The notes beneath the pieces were generated by a model, which made no database searches, was not told the origin of the DNA, and saw only the letters and a list, made by a program, of their open reading frames with translations. Position numbers and translations under genes: made by a program. 64,000 nt of DNA from Octopus sinensis (Eukaryota): NCBI RefSeq assembly GCF_006345805.1, contig NC_042997.1, forward strand, positions 29,512,001 to 29,576,000, given 5' to 3'. This document shows positions 28,136 through 54,479 of the stretch, piece after piece. The number at the start of each line of letters is the position of its first letter. Positions within the stretch are counted from its first letter, which is position 1.

Positions 28136-28335
28136 TAGTTAATCCAAACAAGAAATCACAAAAAAACACAACAACGCGAGGACGTGGAATAAATATAGTA
28201 TTATTGGACGCTCAGGAAAGGAGGAACGAAGGAGGGTTTGATGTTTCGAGCGGAGCTCTTTGTCGGGAACATAGGAGAAGGAAAGATCCAGAGAAGGGAA
28301 GACAGAGGAAGAAATCGCCAACGGTACACACGCGT
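28136..28335 (-). mobile_element. Short PLE-terminus-like repeat next to (TA)n (family also at 53725-53930 + and 60756-60955 -)
   Basis: The three copies share gttaatccaaac...ggacgctcaggaa...tttcgagcggagctctt...cgccaacggtacac and a degenerate hammerhead-like core. Confidence 0.65.
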
Positions 28336-28415
28336 CCACATTTTAAATGTATATATATATGTATATATATATGTATATATATGTATATATATATATATAT
28401 TATATATATATGTGT

Positions 28416-28461
<46 letters not shown>

Positions 28462-28532
28462 GTATTTGCGAATATAAAAATAATACTTATATATGGTGTG
28501 TTATGTAAATTTATGGAACTCAACAAATTTGT

Positions 28533-29030
28533 TAAAAATGGAGAAGAGATGTTAAAATTTGAAAGAATATTCATTCATGCAAACAGTGATATTAAAACAT
28601 TCCAATTCATGATAGAATAGAAATACTTAAATTAATTTGATTACATCAAATTAAATATATATCACTGTTCTCCTAAGTGCAAGATAATAACACAAAAATT
28701 GTTATTACAGAGGACTTGATAAATGAAATAGCTGAGAATAATTTCGGACGTTCATATCGATGCTCGTTTTTTTCTTAAGGATATATATGAATATCCGAAA
28801 TTATTCTCAGCTATTTCATTTATTAAGTCCTCTGTAATAACAAATTTTGTTTATTATCTTGCACTGAGGACAACAGTGATATATTTATATTTAATTTAAT
28901 TTAATCAAATTAATTTAATTATTTCTATTCTACCATGAATTTGGATGTTTTAATATCACTGTTTGAAACGATCGAATGCGTGATTCAAAATAAAATTCTT
29001 TCAAATTCCAACATCTCTTCTCCATTTTTA
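28533..29030. repeat. Imperfect inverted repeat, ~220-bp arms
   Basis: 28533-28748 is approximately the reverse complement of 28794-29030. Confidence 0.85.
28860..28980 (+). ncRNA. Degenerate hammerhead-like motif with ~95-nt stem II domain
   Basis: tgca CTGAGGA caacagtgatat...atatcactgttt GAAA cgatcg AA tgcg. The conserved U before the cleavage site is replaced by A. Confidence 0.5.
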
Positions 29031-29357
29031 ATATATATATAGGATCGCTTCAGCCTTTCAAAAATGCAAACACACGTGGGCCGTTTGGATTTTCCTTCTT
29101 CTTCTTTGGACATTCCCCTTTCTTCTTTCCGACGAACAGCGATACTTGAAACATTAAAAACTCACTACTTTCACCGATCATCAAACTAACATAAATCCTT
29201 TGAACATCCTCATGTTGGACTTTTTCTTTTTTCGTATTTTCTTTGTCTTCGTTCTTTTCTTGTTTTGTTTATTATTCGTTATTTTATAAGTCTTTGTCCA
29301 TTGAAATATATATGTGTGCGTGTGTGTGCGCGTATACATACATTCTTAGATAGATAT

Positions 29358-29413
<56 letters not shown>

Positions 29414-29793
29414 AATTGTACTCCATCTTCACCGAAGCTGAGTTGAATATCCTGAATATCATCCTCCTAATAGGTTTCAGCTTCTTCAGCTAATCTCGGA
29501 ATTAATCTAATATATTCAAGCTTCCATTTAGATTCGTGTTGTGAATTAAATTGTTTCATTTTTCTCTAGAGAAAATGAGGTTCAGCTATTGATATTGAAT
29601 ATGGACAGTTATCTTAAAGTGGCGTAACTTAATACAGGTTACGTTTCTCAAGGTCTACTGTAACACTAAATGACTAAAAATAGTTTAATACCGTAATAAA
29701 TTACTGCTAGAATGAGATATATTTCAAATATGTAAAAATACCGATAATTATGGTGTTATGGAAAACTGTGATATATATATATATATATTATAA

Positions 29794-29833
<40 letters not shown>

Positions 29834-30422
29834 ACAGACAGGAGGAATTTCGATTATCCCCACATGGTCAGTTGGAATATATATAAGAAATAAAAAAGGA
29901 ACTGCTCACACTTTTAATATAATTTTTAATATATCGACCGGTCTCGCTATCGCTATTCATGATATGTTTTACTTATTTGAATATGCATTTTCTTAAGAAG
30001 AATTTTTGTCCATGTTGTGTGTGATGATGTTTACGAGTAATGGCTTCACAAGTAAAAACAATAAGACGAGGTAACTGGTTATCGTTATTATTGTTATTGT
30101 TGTGGGCAAGAGGAGAGAACTGTTCAGCTTTCCGTAAGGGGAGGGGAATATATATGTACAGACAAAAAAAAAACGGTTTCGAAAAATTTATTTAGTGAGG
30201 GGATATATGTACAGTGATGTAATCGTGAATTAAAATATGTAAAAAGATAAAAGTTGGTTACGCGTGCATATTAACAGGCGTTCTGTATTTTTCAATGGAA
30301 AGAGTTTATTTATTTAAACGTTCTTGTGGGGAGATTGTGTCTTTGCACAAGTAGACGGGGAAGACTGTGAAATGTGGTTTGATGTTATCTGCAAATTTTT
30401 CTATAAGTTCACTGAGAGGAAT

Positions 30423-30875
30423 TTACCTACCCATTCCTCCAAAGAAGGGGTAGAGTGGAGGAGAAAGGGGTGCGGTTAGAGGGATGGTGAGCGGAAAGAG
30501 AAAGGGCGGTGGTGCGATCGACTCGCCGAGTGCGGGCAAGGGCGTTTTGGACAAGGGTTGAGTGGTATACCCGATGCCTGAACAGGCTGGAAAGTTATTG
30601 GGACTGGGTCTCAAAAGGAACTGGGAGAAGGGGATGGCCCGTTTGGTGTGGAAGGGATGGGAAGAGGGGAAGTTGAGGTAGAGGTGGGAATATGCGGGAT
30701 TGAAGAAGGCTGAGATGGTGAGAGAGTGGGAGGGGTGGTCAATGGCAAGAGTGATATCAAGGAAGTTAACAAAGGTGATAGAGATACTAGGCGTGAATTG
30801 GAGAGAAGGGTGTAAGTTAGAGAGAAAAGAGATGAAGTGGCAGAGTTGTGCACGATAGAGGGAGGTGGCACCCAT
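30423..30875 (-). pseudogene. Penelope-like element reverse-transcriptase C-terminal fragment
   Basis: ORF contains FLSNLHPSLQFT...VNFLDITL...SHLYLNFPSSHPFHTKRAIPFSQFL, matching the PLE RT/thumb pattern (FLD..., SHPxHxKxxIPxSQF). Confidence 0.8.
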
Positions 30876-31266
30876 ACAGTCGTCTATGTGTATATATATA
30901 TATATGAATGAACTTATATATATATGTATATATATGTATATAATATATTTATTTGTATATATATATGTATATATATGTATACATATATGTATATTTATTT
31001 GTATATATAATATGTATATATATATAACAGATATCTATATTTATTTATATATATATATATATATTATAAAAAATGTATATATATATATATATTATAATAT
31101 ATATGGATATATATATATATAGATCTATATATATATATATTTAGTCATGCATGTAGTATGCAAAAAATACGAATCAATCTTTCTAATATAGTCATTAAGC
31201 AAAATATAAACTTATGCAGTATTTTAGTTATTCAGAGCTAAATTTGTTTATCTATTTCTATTACAG

Positions 31267-43847
<12,581 letters not shown>

Positions 43848-43893
43848 AGCACCGTTGACGTGATGCGATTTATTTCCTGATAAACAGTTTAGA

Positions 43894-43899
43894 AATAAA
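43894..43899 (+). terminator. Candidate polyadenylation signal of the EF-hand gene
   Basis: AATAAA about 47 nt after the stop codon. Confidence 0.55.
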
Positions 43900-43986
43900 A
43901 ATTATAATAGATATAAAACAAAAAAAGGTCACTATTATTGTTATAATTGTTACTGTTATTTCTAGAAGCTATTATCATTATATTTA

Positions 43987-44036
<50 letters not shown>

Positions 44037-44054
44037 TACTACTACTAATATTAT

Positions 44055-44615
44055 TATTGAGTGAGAGAGCAATGCATGCCATCAAAGTGAGACGGGTGTA
44101 AAATATACGAAGCCCACAATACCCAGCATGACTACCCGTCTGATAAGGGTACACAAGGCACATGCATCACAACCATATTTGCGTGACATGGTGATCTCAT
44201 ACTAAGACAAGCAACACATGACCTTACAGGTGGGACCAAGTTAGAATTTCCTTCTGGTCGAGTAACCCATCCCGCTCAAAAGGTCCCTGAATAAGGGTTG
44301 TTTAAGGATGTTGAATGAAACACACATGTTTCCAGAGGTGAATTATTCAAACCCCAAAGAATCCCTCTCAACACATGGCTATGATGCTCCCCCACTACTT
44401 CTGCTCGTGATCAGAGATGCACATATCGTCAGTAACTAAGGGACATGCTCAACTGATTGAGGTGAAACAACTGACAAGTAAATCTGTGGTATTGAGCAGA
44501 ATATTTGCTGTAGCCCATCTTTTATACCAAGACAAAACAATGTACATGATAACACTTCTAATCAGTTAAGATCAGAAGCCACGAGAGCAACTGCCTGGTT
44601 CCGCATCAGGGTAAT
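44055..44615. repeat. ~550-bp interspersed repeat bounded by (ATT)n/(ATC)n
   Basis: High identity to 31395-31860 over about 460 bp. Confidence 0.8.
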
Positions 44616-44759
44616 TATTATTATCATCATCATAATCATCATCATCATCGTCGTCACCATCATCATTATCATCATTATTATTATTATTATTATTACATTA
44701 TATGTTTGAATTTTACCTCAAGAGATAACAAGTTAGAAGTTCTAGTTGATATTATTGAG

Positions 44760-45385
44760 TGTGACTGCTTCCCTGTCTGGTTTGTGAAAACCGATGTCTA
44801 AAAGATGAACTCAAGCGCGGGTGACTGGTTTGGTTTTTGTAATGCTGGAAACGAAGGTTACAGAGTATTATTTCGTAGTAAGAAGAACATTGTTTTTCAA
44901 CTGAAATGCTATGGGTGGATCTAGCGTGGCTTGTTCATATGTGTTATAAGATCGTTTTGTTTTGGCTTGTTGTTCGATGTTACAAGTCGGATTAGGAAAA
45001 ATTCATTTATTGAATTAGATATCAATTCTGCTGCTGCTTTGTCTGGTGTACTGCAGTTACCAACCTTCAGAGTATTTGAGAGTCAGTTCACATAAGGTAG
45101 ATTAACATCACCTATCATCAATATATTCCCGGATTTGTACTCGTGGAGGAAGGACTGGATGTAATTAAGGATGGGAAGTGTTCGGGGAGGTCTGTTGCGA
45201 CCGGAAATCGTTATGCAGTAAGTTTATTGCACAACAATATTGATTCACAGTAGTATTGGGAAATATGTCCTTGACATCCCTGGCAATGGAATTGTGGAGA
45301 AAAATGACTGCCCCTCTTATATTTCGGTCAGTGCAATCTGTGCGGAGCATGGTGAATATTATTATTTTCTCCTCAACATTTCTGC
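44760..45385 (-). pseudogene. Decayed CR1/L2-type AP-endonuclease fragment
   Basis: RTDCTDRNIRGAVIFL, a YRPP-like segment and GNILMIGDVNLPYVN. Confidence 0.65.
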
Positions 45386-46551
45386 ATATTGTGTGTGTGT
45401 GCGTATATGTGTGTGTGACCGCGCGTGTGTGTCTAAGGATATAAGCACACTTGCACATACGAGTTCACCCTTTCTCTATCACTCCATTTCTAACACCTGA
45501 TAGAACTATACCATACTAATTCTATTAGTTGTACAGTGATTTCTGATGAGGGAACCGAAACATGATATAGGATGAAAAGGAAATAATATCAACATGATTA
45601 TTTTCGTCAGCTTCCCCAGAAAATATATCTCGTCACATTCCTGGAAGTGATACCTTCTAGAAGAGATAATTACGGAACACTTGCCAGTAGTCATTATAGT
45701 TGATATCCCTGTCGTCATTGTCAGTTTTCACTACTACATCCGCTTCCTCCTTTTCCTTCACCATTACCATCATCATCATCGTTATTGGTCCATATTTGTA
45801 TCCATAAACTTTTCCGCCACCATGACCTAAATATCAAAAGGCACTCCTAACTTATTATTAAGAAATGTGTCTTAGAAATTAATATTAACTCTGGCACATG
45901 TAATATTGTTTAAATGAGCTTGCCTGTTCATAAGCAACGAGAGACTAATTCATCTAATGTTCAACATTATCAAAATATTATCGTATTCGTTCTTTAATGC
46001 CAGGGGAAATAATCTAAAAACAAATTTAGAAGAGTAACAGGAATTATGATTCCGATAATCACACTGCTGACAACTTTCATGAACTTCAGGCTACGATGGC
46101 GGTAGAAACAAATATAATGAAAATTATATTAGCAACGACGATCAAAATGAAGATAAGGATTTTCTTGTCATCTAACATGTAACCAATGGTACACATATAA
46201 TATAGCCTCCTCTCATAATAGAAAGTCGTCGATTCTGTGCACATTGCCGTGATCAATGTATCAAATATCCGGTCACTCACCCAAATTCTGTTTAATATTC
46301 AGGAACAAGAGGAATTTTATTAAATTAGACTCAGTAGATCACTCTTCCTACGCTGTTGATCTCTCTACCACTGAAAACATACTTCTTGAAATTTAAATTA
46401 TCTATTTTCCATATTTTAATAGACACACAAACACACACATATATCAGTGTGTATATATATATATATAATATATGTGTGTGTGTGTATGTATATATAGATA
46501 TATATGTATGTACATTATTTATACATGCATACATACCTATACACATATATA

Positions 46552-46599
<48 letters not shown>

Positions 46600-46604
46600 G
46601 GTCT

Positions 46605-46638
<34 letters not shown>

Positions 46639-46643
46639 GTGTA

Positions 46644-46677
<34 letters not shown>

Positions 46678-47606
46678 CTATATATATATATATATACATA
46701 TATATGCATATATGAGATTATATATTTTTCTGTGTGTTAAATCTATGGTAAGAGCAATAATCACATTGTTGATTATTACACTGCTATGAACAGCAGGAAA
46801 CTTTGAATTTATAATATCAAGAGTTGGCGGCTAATTTTGCACACACATATCATCCGACTGAATTAATAACTCTTGTATTATTGATAATAATATTTTACGA
46901 TTATTGAGTGTAGGCGATGCTTGAAGCTAACTTGCTAGCGAAATAAATATTAAATGGAGATAACTTTAAATTCAGGGAATATGTTTTCTTTGATTGAAAG
47001 ACCAACAGTGCAGGAAGTGGGTGGAAGTGTATCTAATTTAATAAAATTCTCCTTATACTTCAATACTGAATGGAATTTAGGAGAGTGACCGGATATTCGA
47101 TACATTGGTCTGCTCAATATGCACACAATCGACGACTCTGGCTTAGCGTTAGACTTCCCAAGCAGTAATGGGAAACAAATACAGACGCAAAAACACACAT
47201 ACATAGATGTTTATACATACATATTGAAAGAAGCACATAGTATGTATATATATATATACTTTATTTAAACGCAGCAGAAATATAACAAAAGCTGTTACTT
47301 AGATTTCACGTTACCGTTCGTCGGACGGGCTTTGCTAACTTAGAACAGAAATAACAATATAATCAAAACTAGTAAAAGTATACACCTTTAACAATGGATT
47401 TGTTTCGCCGGACATTTCAATTAACTGTCTCAAGCATGCAAGGAAAAAAATAAACAAAATAAATTATCACTGACCACGGAATTTTGTCAGTGATCAGGTC
47501 ACGGTCTCAAAGCGACGAAAATATTTTGGCAAATTAAATTGAAATGTTGAAGTGAATCCAACGGTTTTTGTGTTATTTTGTTAATGGCTTCCACGCTGCA
47601 GTTGTT

Positions 47607-47703
<97 letters not shown>

Positions 47704-48289
47704 TGTGTGAGTGTGTGTGTATGTGTGTGTGAGTGTGTGTGTATACTATGTGATTCTTTCAGTTTTTGACTACTAAATCCGTTCACAAAGATTTGGTTGG
47801 CACGAGAGAAAATTTGCACGTTTCCAAACAGTGAGACTGAAACCGGATCTATATGTTTGGGGAACAAGCTTCTTACCACAATGACACAGACATTTAATAA
47901 ATGTATTTCCATCAGTGATGTAATATAATTCGAACGTATTCATCGCCATCTTGCTCAATCAAACACACCTAAATAATTTAGAATACTTAAGTGAGTTTGG
48001 ATTATATGTGACACGACCTGTATAACTACAAGAAACATATATATTAGGAGTTTCCAAAGCATTACATATACCAAAAATTAGTTTCAGCTTCATTCTGGTA
48101 TTGTATGACACTCTTCTATAACAATCCACCCTTTCTTTGTTCCGATAATAACTTTGAGAAGCGAAGGAAGGTTATGGGATGCTTTACCGGAGCGAGTCTA
48201 GAATTCTGGTCAAATATGTTTTAGGAAGACATAAGGTAAATACCTATTTGGTTCATGAATGACGATAGGATTGCGCCTAGAAGTTACAA

Positions 48290-48545
48290 GTGGGGTAAAA
48301 CTTGTTTATGGAAGAGCAGCATTCGACCATGCATACCGGCCTCTCCTCTCCACTCCACCAATGTTATTCAAGGGAAAGATAAAGGCTGATACAGCCTGAC
48401 ACCAGTGACGACGCAATCATATCTACAGCAGATTGAACAGAAATAAAGTCTATTGCTCAAGAACGCAACACATAGCCCAGTCCAGGAATCGAACTCACTA
48501 CCTCAGGATTGTGAGCCCGACGCACTAACCACCTGAGCCAAGTGC
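48290..48545 (-). mobile_element. tRNA-derived SINE
   Basis: Minus-strand head tggctcaggtggttagtgcgtcgggctcacaatcctgaggtagtgagttcgattcc, followed by a non-tRNA body. Confidence 0.7.
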
Positions 48546-48809
48546 TTTCAAAGTAAGACATGCCTCTCAATACGTGTGTGTATATGTGTGTGTGTGCGTA
48601 TGTGTGCGCGTATGTACATAAACACATATACCTATATACACATGTATACATATATGTACATGTATATATGCTCACAGATACACACACAAACACACACACG
48701 CATAAACTTAAGCACAAACATTTTTTGACCTAATTCCATTTGCAAATATGCAAATGAATGCTTTCAATTTAGCAGTGATCTTGATAAATTAAAATTGTGA
48801 TACATATAT

Positions 48810-49038
48810 TTCTTTACTGCCCACAAGGGGCTAAACATAGAGGGGACAAACAAGGACAGACGAAGGGATTGAGTCGATTATATCGCCCCTAGTGCGAAAC
48901 TGGTTCTTTATTTATCGACCCCGAAAGGATGAAAGGCAAGGTTGACCTCGGCGGAATTTGAACTCAGAACGTAACGACAGACGAAATACCGCTAAGCATT
49001 TCGCCCGGCGCGCTAACGTGTCTGCTAGCTCGCCGCCC
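48810..49038 (-). mobile_element. SINE family A copy
   Basis: Same sequence as 490-710. Older partial relatives lie at ~27515-27680, ~40762-40890 and ~49230-49385. Confidence 0.85.
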
Positions 49039-50304
49039 TAAAATGTGATACATATAAGCAATAATATAATGGAAAACATATTTAGATCACAGAAGTATCA
49101 TGAGTAATTTTTCTCATCACTTAGAAAATACCTTGCAAGTCACAGCTATATAACGTATATCTTGCCTGCAATAGGTCATTTAGCTGATGCTTTAGTTCAC
49201 TAAGTATATTCAGAAGCCCATATGTATATTTATTCTTTTCTACTCTAGGCAGCTCAATGCCCGAAATTTGGGGGGGATGAGTCCAATCGATTAGATCGAC
49301 CAAGTACGCAACTGGTACTTGATTTATCAACCCCGAGGGGATGAAAGACAAAGTCGACCTCGGAGTAATTTGAACTCAGAACATGAAGAGAGACGAACAT
49401 GTATATTTATTCGAGTGTTTTATGTATTTGTCATACTCAGTTTTGAACGTGACTGGAGAAGATCCACAACAAAAGTATCTTGTATTTTCAACATGGTTAT
49501 TAAAACTCTGTGTTGTATTAAAAATAAAGGTAGCCTTAAGAGATGTAAGTAATGGAAACAAGTATAATATCAGCTGCATTAACTTGTAATACCGTTAAAA
49601 TGTAATATTGTATCTACTACGTCTTATTAGTTAGTTGGCATCCCGCAAGATTTGTAGAAAGTCGTTATAAAACAATTTTGCTAATAGCACCTACATTTTA
49701 CTTCTCGAATAGTGGTTTTGTAATTTAACTGAATTTAGGCTGGGAATCAGTTTGGCATTTTCAATCTGGGAAATCAGTGAAGCGTGTAACAAGTTCCCAA
49801 GACACTCTCCACTAAGAAATATTTAAAGAACCTCAAGCACTTTCTTCCAGAGTAACATGCGTGATATTTGGCATCTGTTTTGCTTTATCCTACATGGTAA
49901 GTTCTTCTTTCCTTCAGTAATAAATATTTATACATATATGTACTCAAGAAAATTCTCGACGAAATTTCAATCTCGACATCACTCGTTCGCACACTACCGT
50001 TTTTCATTGCCGTTTAAGAGAGAATAATATATGGATGACTTGTTTTACTTCTTATGACTATATTGAGTTCTGTATTGTCTTTACACGAACCTTGCTTTCA
50101 ACGGTAGTTCAGAAAGAAGTTCCTGCACCGCTATAGCGAATTCTTACACCTGAATTCTTACACCTGATATTAGACTGAAATTCCCTCCCGGTATGTTCTC
50201 TCTCTTTCTCACTCTCTTATTCACGATATCTCTCTCTCTCTCTCTCTCTCGCTCTTTCTCAAACTCTCTCTCTCTCCCTTTGTTCTGTATATAATATATA
50301 TATA

Positions 50305-50585
50305 TGGCTCAGGGGTTAGAGCGTCGATCGTGAGCTTGTGAGTTCGAATCCCGGTCCGTTCATGTTGCTGCAGTTCACTCAACTGCAGAAAGGAGTTGCA
50401 ACGTCACAGGTGCCAAGCTGTATCGGCCTTTGCCTTTTCCTTGGATAAAACAGCTGGCGTGGAGAGGGGAGGCTTGTATGCATGGCCGACTGCTGGTCTA
50501 TCATAAACAATCTTACCCGGACTTGTGCCTGGGAGGATAACTTTCTGGGTGTCATCCCATGCTCAGTCATGACCAAAGCGGGTTT
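50305..50585 (+). mobile_element. tRNA-derived SINE
   Basis: tggctcaggggttagagcg...gagttcgaatccc (A and B boxes) followed by a non-tRNA body. Confidence 0.7.
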
Positions 50586-50587
50586 GA

Positions 50588-50619
<32 letters not shown>

Positions 50620-50625
<6 letters not shown>

Positions 50626-50884
50626 ATAAATATTAGGGAATATATCCAAATTACAGGGAAAAAAAATCAGATTTAGGATTAAATCCAATTTTATAGTAAA
50701 ATATTATAAAATTATAAAATATTATTTGAGACAAAACCACTATTTTGCAAAACACAACAAAAGGAAAGACTTAATCAATACATAAAATTTAATAAATAGT
50801 CAAAAATAGACTATTTATTAAATTTTATGTATTGATTAAGTCTTTCCTTGTTTGTTTTGCAAAATAGTGGTTTTGTCTCAAATA

Positions 50885-50921
<37 letters not shown>

Positions 50922-53501
50922 ATAAATATTAGGGAATATATCCAAATTTACAGGGAAAAAAAATCAGATTTAGATTAAATCCAATTTTATAGTAAAATAT
51001 TATAAAATATTATTTGAGACAAAACCACTATTTTGCAAAACAAACAAGGAAAGACTTAATCAATACATAAAATTTAATAAATAGTCAAAAAAACCGCCAC
51101 TACAATCGTTTCTTGTCTTGATCGACAATCTTCAGGTGGACTTCCAATCTAAAAAATCAAAATTTTAAAATATAAAAATAATACTTTTAAATAATTAAAG
51201 TATAAATGAAAAAATATAAGTATATAATCCATATATAACCTATATATAATCCATATCGAAAATATAGGCTAATTACCACGAATTCCCTAAAAAAAACCAT
51301 GATAAAACAAAACTCTTAAAAACATATAACGATAAAATCTCCCTTTGCTAAACTCTATAACAAACCTATAAAGTAAACCCCCTAACCTAAACATTCACAC
51401 ACAAATACACACACGTAAACCACAAACTCACGACTTATACACATACCTATACTAACTTATAAACCTCAATATACACCAAACCCACTCCCTCCCCACACAG
51501 ACAAATTAACACATACATCCCAAAACCTAAATAACAAACCCATACACATTCACACACACAAAACACACACTCACACGCAAAACACTCACACACAAAAGAT
51601 ACATATACTCCCTCACATATACGCCTATACATACTCACTAAACTCGACATATACAACAATACTTACACACCCACAAAAAACATTATATACATTTATGAGC
51701 TTTAACTCACCTTAACATCTCTAACAAACAACTTGCAGTAACCCAATCCCATTCTCTATGCCTACCTCACTACTACACTATTCCATTCACATTCCAAGCA
51801 ACGCTAGTCCACCACCCGGTTATTCACGTGGCAAAACGAACACCACTCAAAAATTATGAATGAAACAATGTAAAAAAATAACCAACACCTAAAATATACA
51901 AAATACCACGAATTACCTAAAAAAAACCATGATAAACCAAAACTCATAAAAGCATATAACGATAAAAAACTCCCTTTGCTAAACCCTATAACAAACTTAT
52001 ATAGCAATCCCCCTAACCTAAACATTCACACACAAAAAACCCACACGTAAACCACAGACCCAAGACTTATACACAAACCTATACTAACTTATAAACCTCA
52101 ATATACACCAAAAAACCACTCCCTCCCCACACAGACAAATTAACACATACATCCCAAATCCTAAATAACAAACCCAAAACACATTCCACACACAAAACAC
52201 ACACACACGCAAAACACACACACACAACAGATACATATGCTCCCTCACATATACGCATATACATACTCACTAAACTCGATATATACAACAATATTTACAC
52301 CCACACTCATACAGATAAATAAATTAATTATACAATTAAAAACTCACAACCAATCTCATATACATAAACACTCTTATGAAAACAACAATAAATACATCGT
52401 AATTAACCAGAATATCAAAAATAACATTATGACATAAGGATAAATCAAATACATACTTACAATTCAGTTACAAATTATGAAGTGAAATTAGATTTTTAGC
52501 CGTTAAAAAACCAAACAAAATTACGTTACCATGGAAATAACTAATGAAAAAAAAAAAAAAAAAAAAATACGCGCCATAGAAAGTAAACGTCATTCATAGT
52601 ATGAATGGAGAAATATAATAAATGGAACTAAAAACTATTTCCACGTAGCAAACCAACGCTACTTAAAAAAATTTATTATGAATGGATTCTTTAAAAACTA
52701 TCATGAAAAATCAATTATATACATTATGAGCTTTAGCTCACCCTAGCAACTCTAACAAACAACTTACAGTAACCCATACTCAATACCTACCTCATTACCA
52801 CCCTAATCATTCACAATTCAAGCAACACTAGTCCACCACCCGGTTACAATTCCCAACTCTACCCATTCATTCACAATTTCAACGACGTTCACTTCAACAA
52901 CTCTACATATAAGCCTCAACATATACACCGGAGATACACTTACACATCCGTGCGGATGGGTGAGAGTATACATTAAGTGTAGTGATGGGGTTCCCATTTC
53001 TAAACACATTTGTACCTGTGTGGTAGTCTCCATGTGTATATTCACGCACGGTATAAATACAGGGGGTACACGCTCACTTCATTTACGTGTACCCCTCACA
53101 TGTACATATGCATACTATTTTGGCTCGATATATGCAACAATGTAATCGCGCCCGTATGTGTGAGCATTCACTGGTTGTGCAATTCACCCATCTGGGTGGT
53201 GGGTGTGTAAACTTATCACTGTGGAGGTCGAGCTTGATACGTATATATTAATGTGTATTAGGGGTTGTACGTACTAATTATGTTCATGTGCTTCACGCAC
53301 TTGCGTCCATGTATGGAAGAATATATTGGGATTACTATGTAGGTGTAAATAGGGTATGGGGGTTTTGTCATAGTATGGGTGTGGGTTTCATTTGTGATGG
53401 TGGTTAGTTGGTGATTATTAGTATGTTCAGTATATTAGGGCTAGTATGTATTATTCAAGTGTGTATAATTGTATACATATAATTGGGTGTGAATGGGATT
53501 A

Positions 53502-53535
<34 letters not shown>

Positions 53536-53710
53536 TTTATTTTTTTTTTTTTTTATTTTTTATTTTTAGGGGATGTATGTGTTTATTTATCCATGTGGGG
53601 CTGGAGTGGCCGTTAGGTGCATATGCTGAGGCTCACATGCAAACCCAAGTACAACGAATGAAGTGGGCACTTATAATTGTTATGGGTGTGTACTTTATTA
53701 TAAAAGACAA
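50620..53710. mobile_element. Second copy of the 9255-13823 family
   Basis: Shares the terminal sequence (aataaatattagggaat...), the hammerhead, the A/C-rich body and the central segment (52730-53700 resembles 11575-12530). It also has a short terminal hairpin at 50715-50892. Confidence 0.75.
51097..51139 (-). ncRNA. Minimal type-I hammerhead motif, same family as 9435 and 13686
   Basis: ccac CTGAAGA ttgtc-gatcaa-gacaa GAAA cgattg TA gtgg, with one change inside stem III. Confidence 0.82.
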
Positions 53711-53780
53711 TGACCGCGTATGTATCGTTGGCGATTTTTTTCCTCCGTCTACCTTTCCTTGCATCTTTCCTTTTTCTATG

Positions 53781-53813
53781 CTTCTGACGAAGAGGTCCAC
53801 TCGAAACGTTAAA
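53781..53813 (+). ncRNA. Minimal hammerhead-like variant (extra A after CUGACGA)
   Basis: CTGACGA a gag-gtcca-ctc GAAA cg TT aa. Stem III is acgt and stem I is weak. Confidence 0.45.
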
Positions 53814-54479
53814 TCCTTCTTTATTTCCTTTCCAGAGCGTCTAATAACACTATACTTGTTCCACGACCTCGTGTTGTTGTGATTTCACTTTGTTTGAGGT
53901 TTCATGTTTGGATTAACTTTATATATATATATATATATATAACGGAGAAATTGTACAAAATGTATAAGTAGATGATGAGTAAAGCACCGGCACAGTTTCG
54001 ATTACCTTGTTTTTATCCGTAGATTTATTGCAGGAACTTTGTAGTGGTTGTTGGGGTAACAGTATTAATAAAATAGGAGATGGAATGTGTAATAGACTTT
54101 GTTGAGTATAGTATATGATTCAACCAGTTCTGCATCTCTTCAGGTACATCAATAAAATGTCCTGCTACAGATTTTGTATTTGGTTTGTAAGATTTTTTTA
54201 TGTGAATTCGTCTGTTGAAGCATATTTTATAGTGTCAGGGAACAGTCATTTTCTTTCAGTGCCTTATTATTTAACTCGCTTACCGGTTCGATTTCCACTA
54301 ATTTACTTACATTTATATTCTTTTATTTTTTCCGTCATTTGAATGTGGTTATGCTGGAGCACCGCCTTTTGTCAAACAAATAGACTCCAGGACTTATTTT
54401 TTGTAAGCCTAGTACTTATTCTATCGGTCACTTTTGCCAATAAATTCATTAATCACGATGACAACAACAATAACTCAAA

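Noticed and set aside
29475-29500. CUGAAGA-agcu-GAAA on the minus strand
   Set aside because: Stem II is too short and stem I is absent; probably chance.
47295-47332. CCGACGA-acg(GTAA)cgt-GAAA on the minus strand
   Set aside because: Stem II is good, but no stem I pairing or palindromic stem III is present.
53984-54148. Hammerhead-like CUGAAGA...GAAA on the minus strand with ~150-nt insert
   Set aside because: Stem I is out of register and the cleavage-site U is absent; too degenerate to call.
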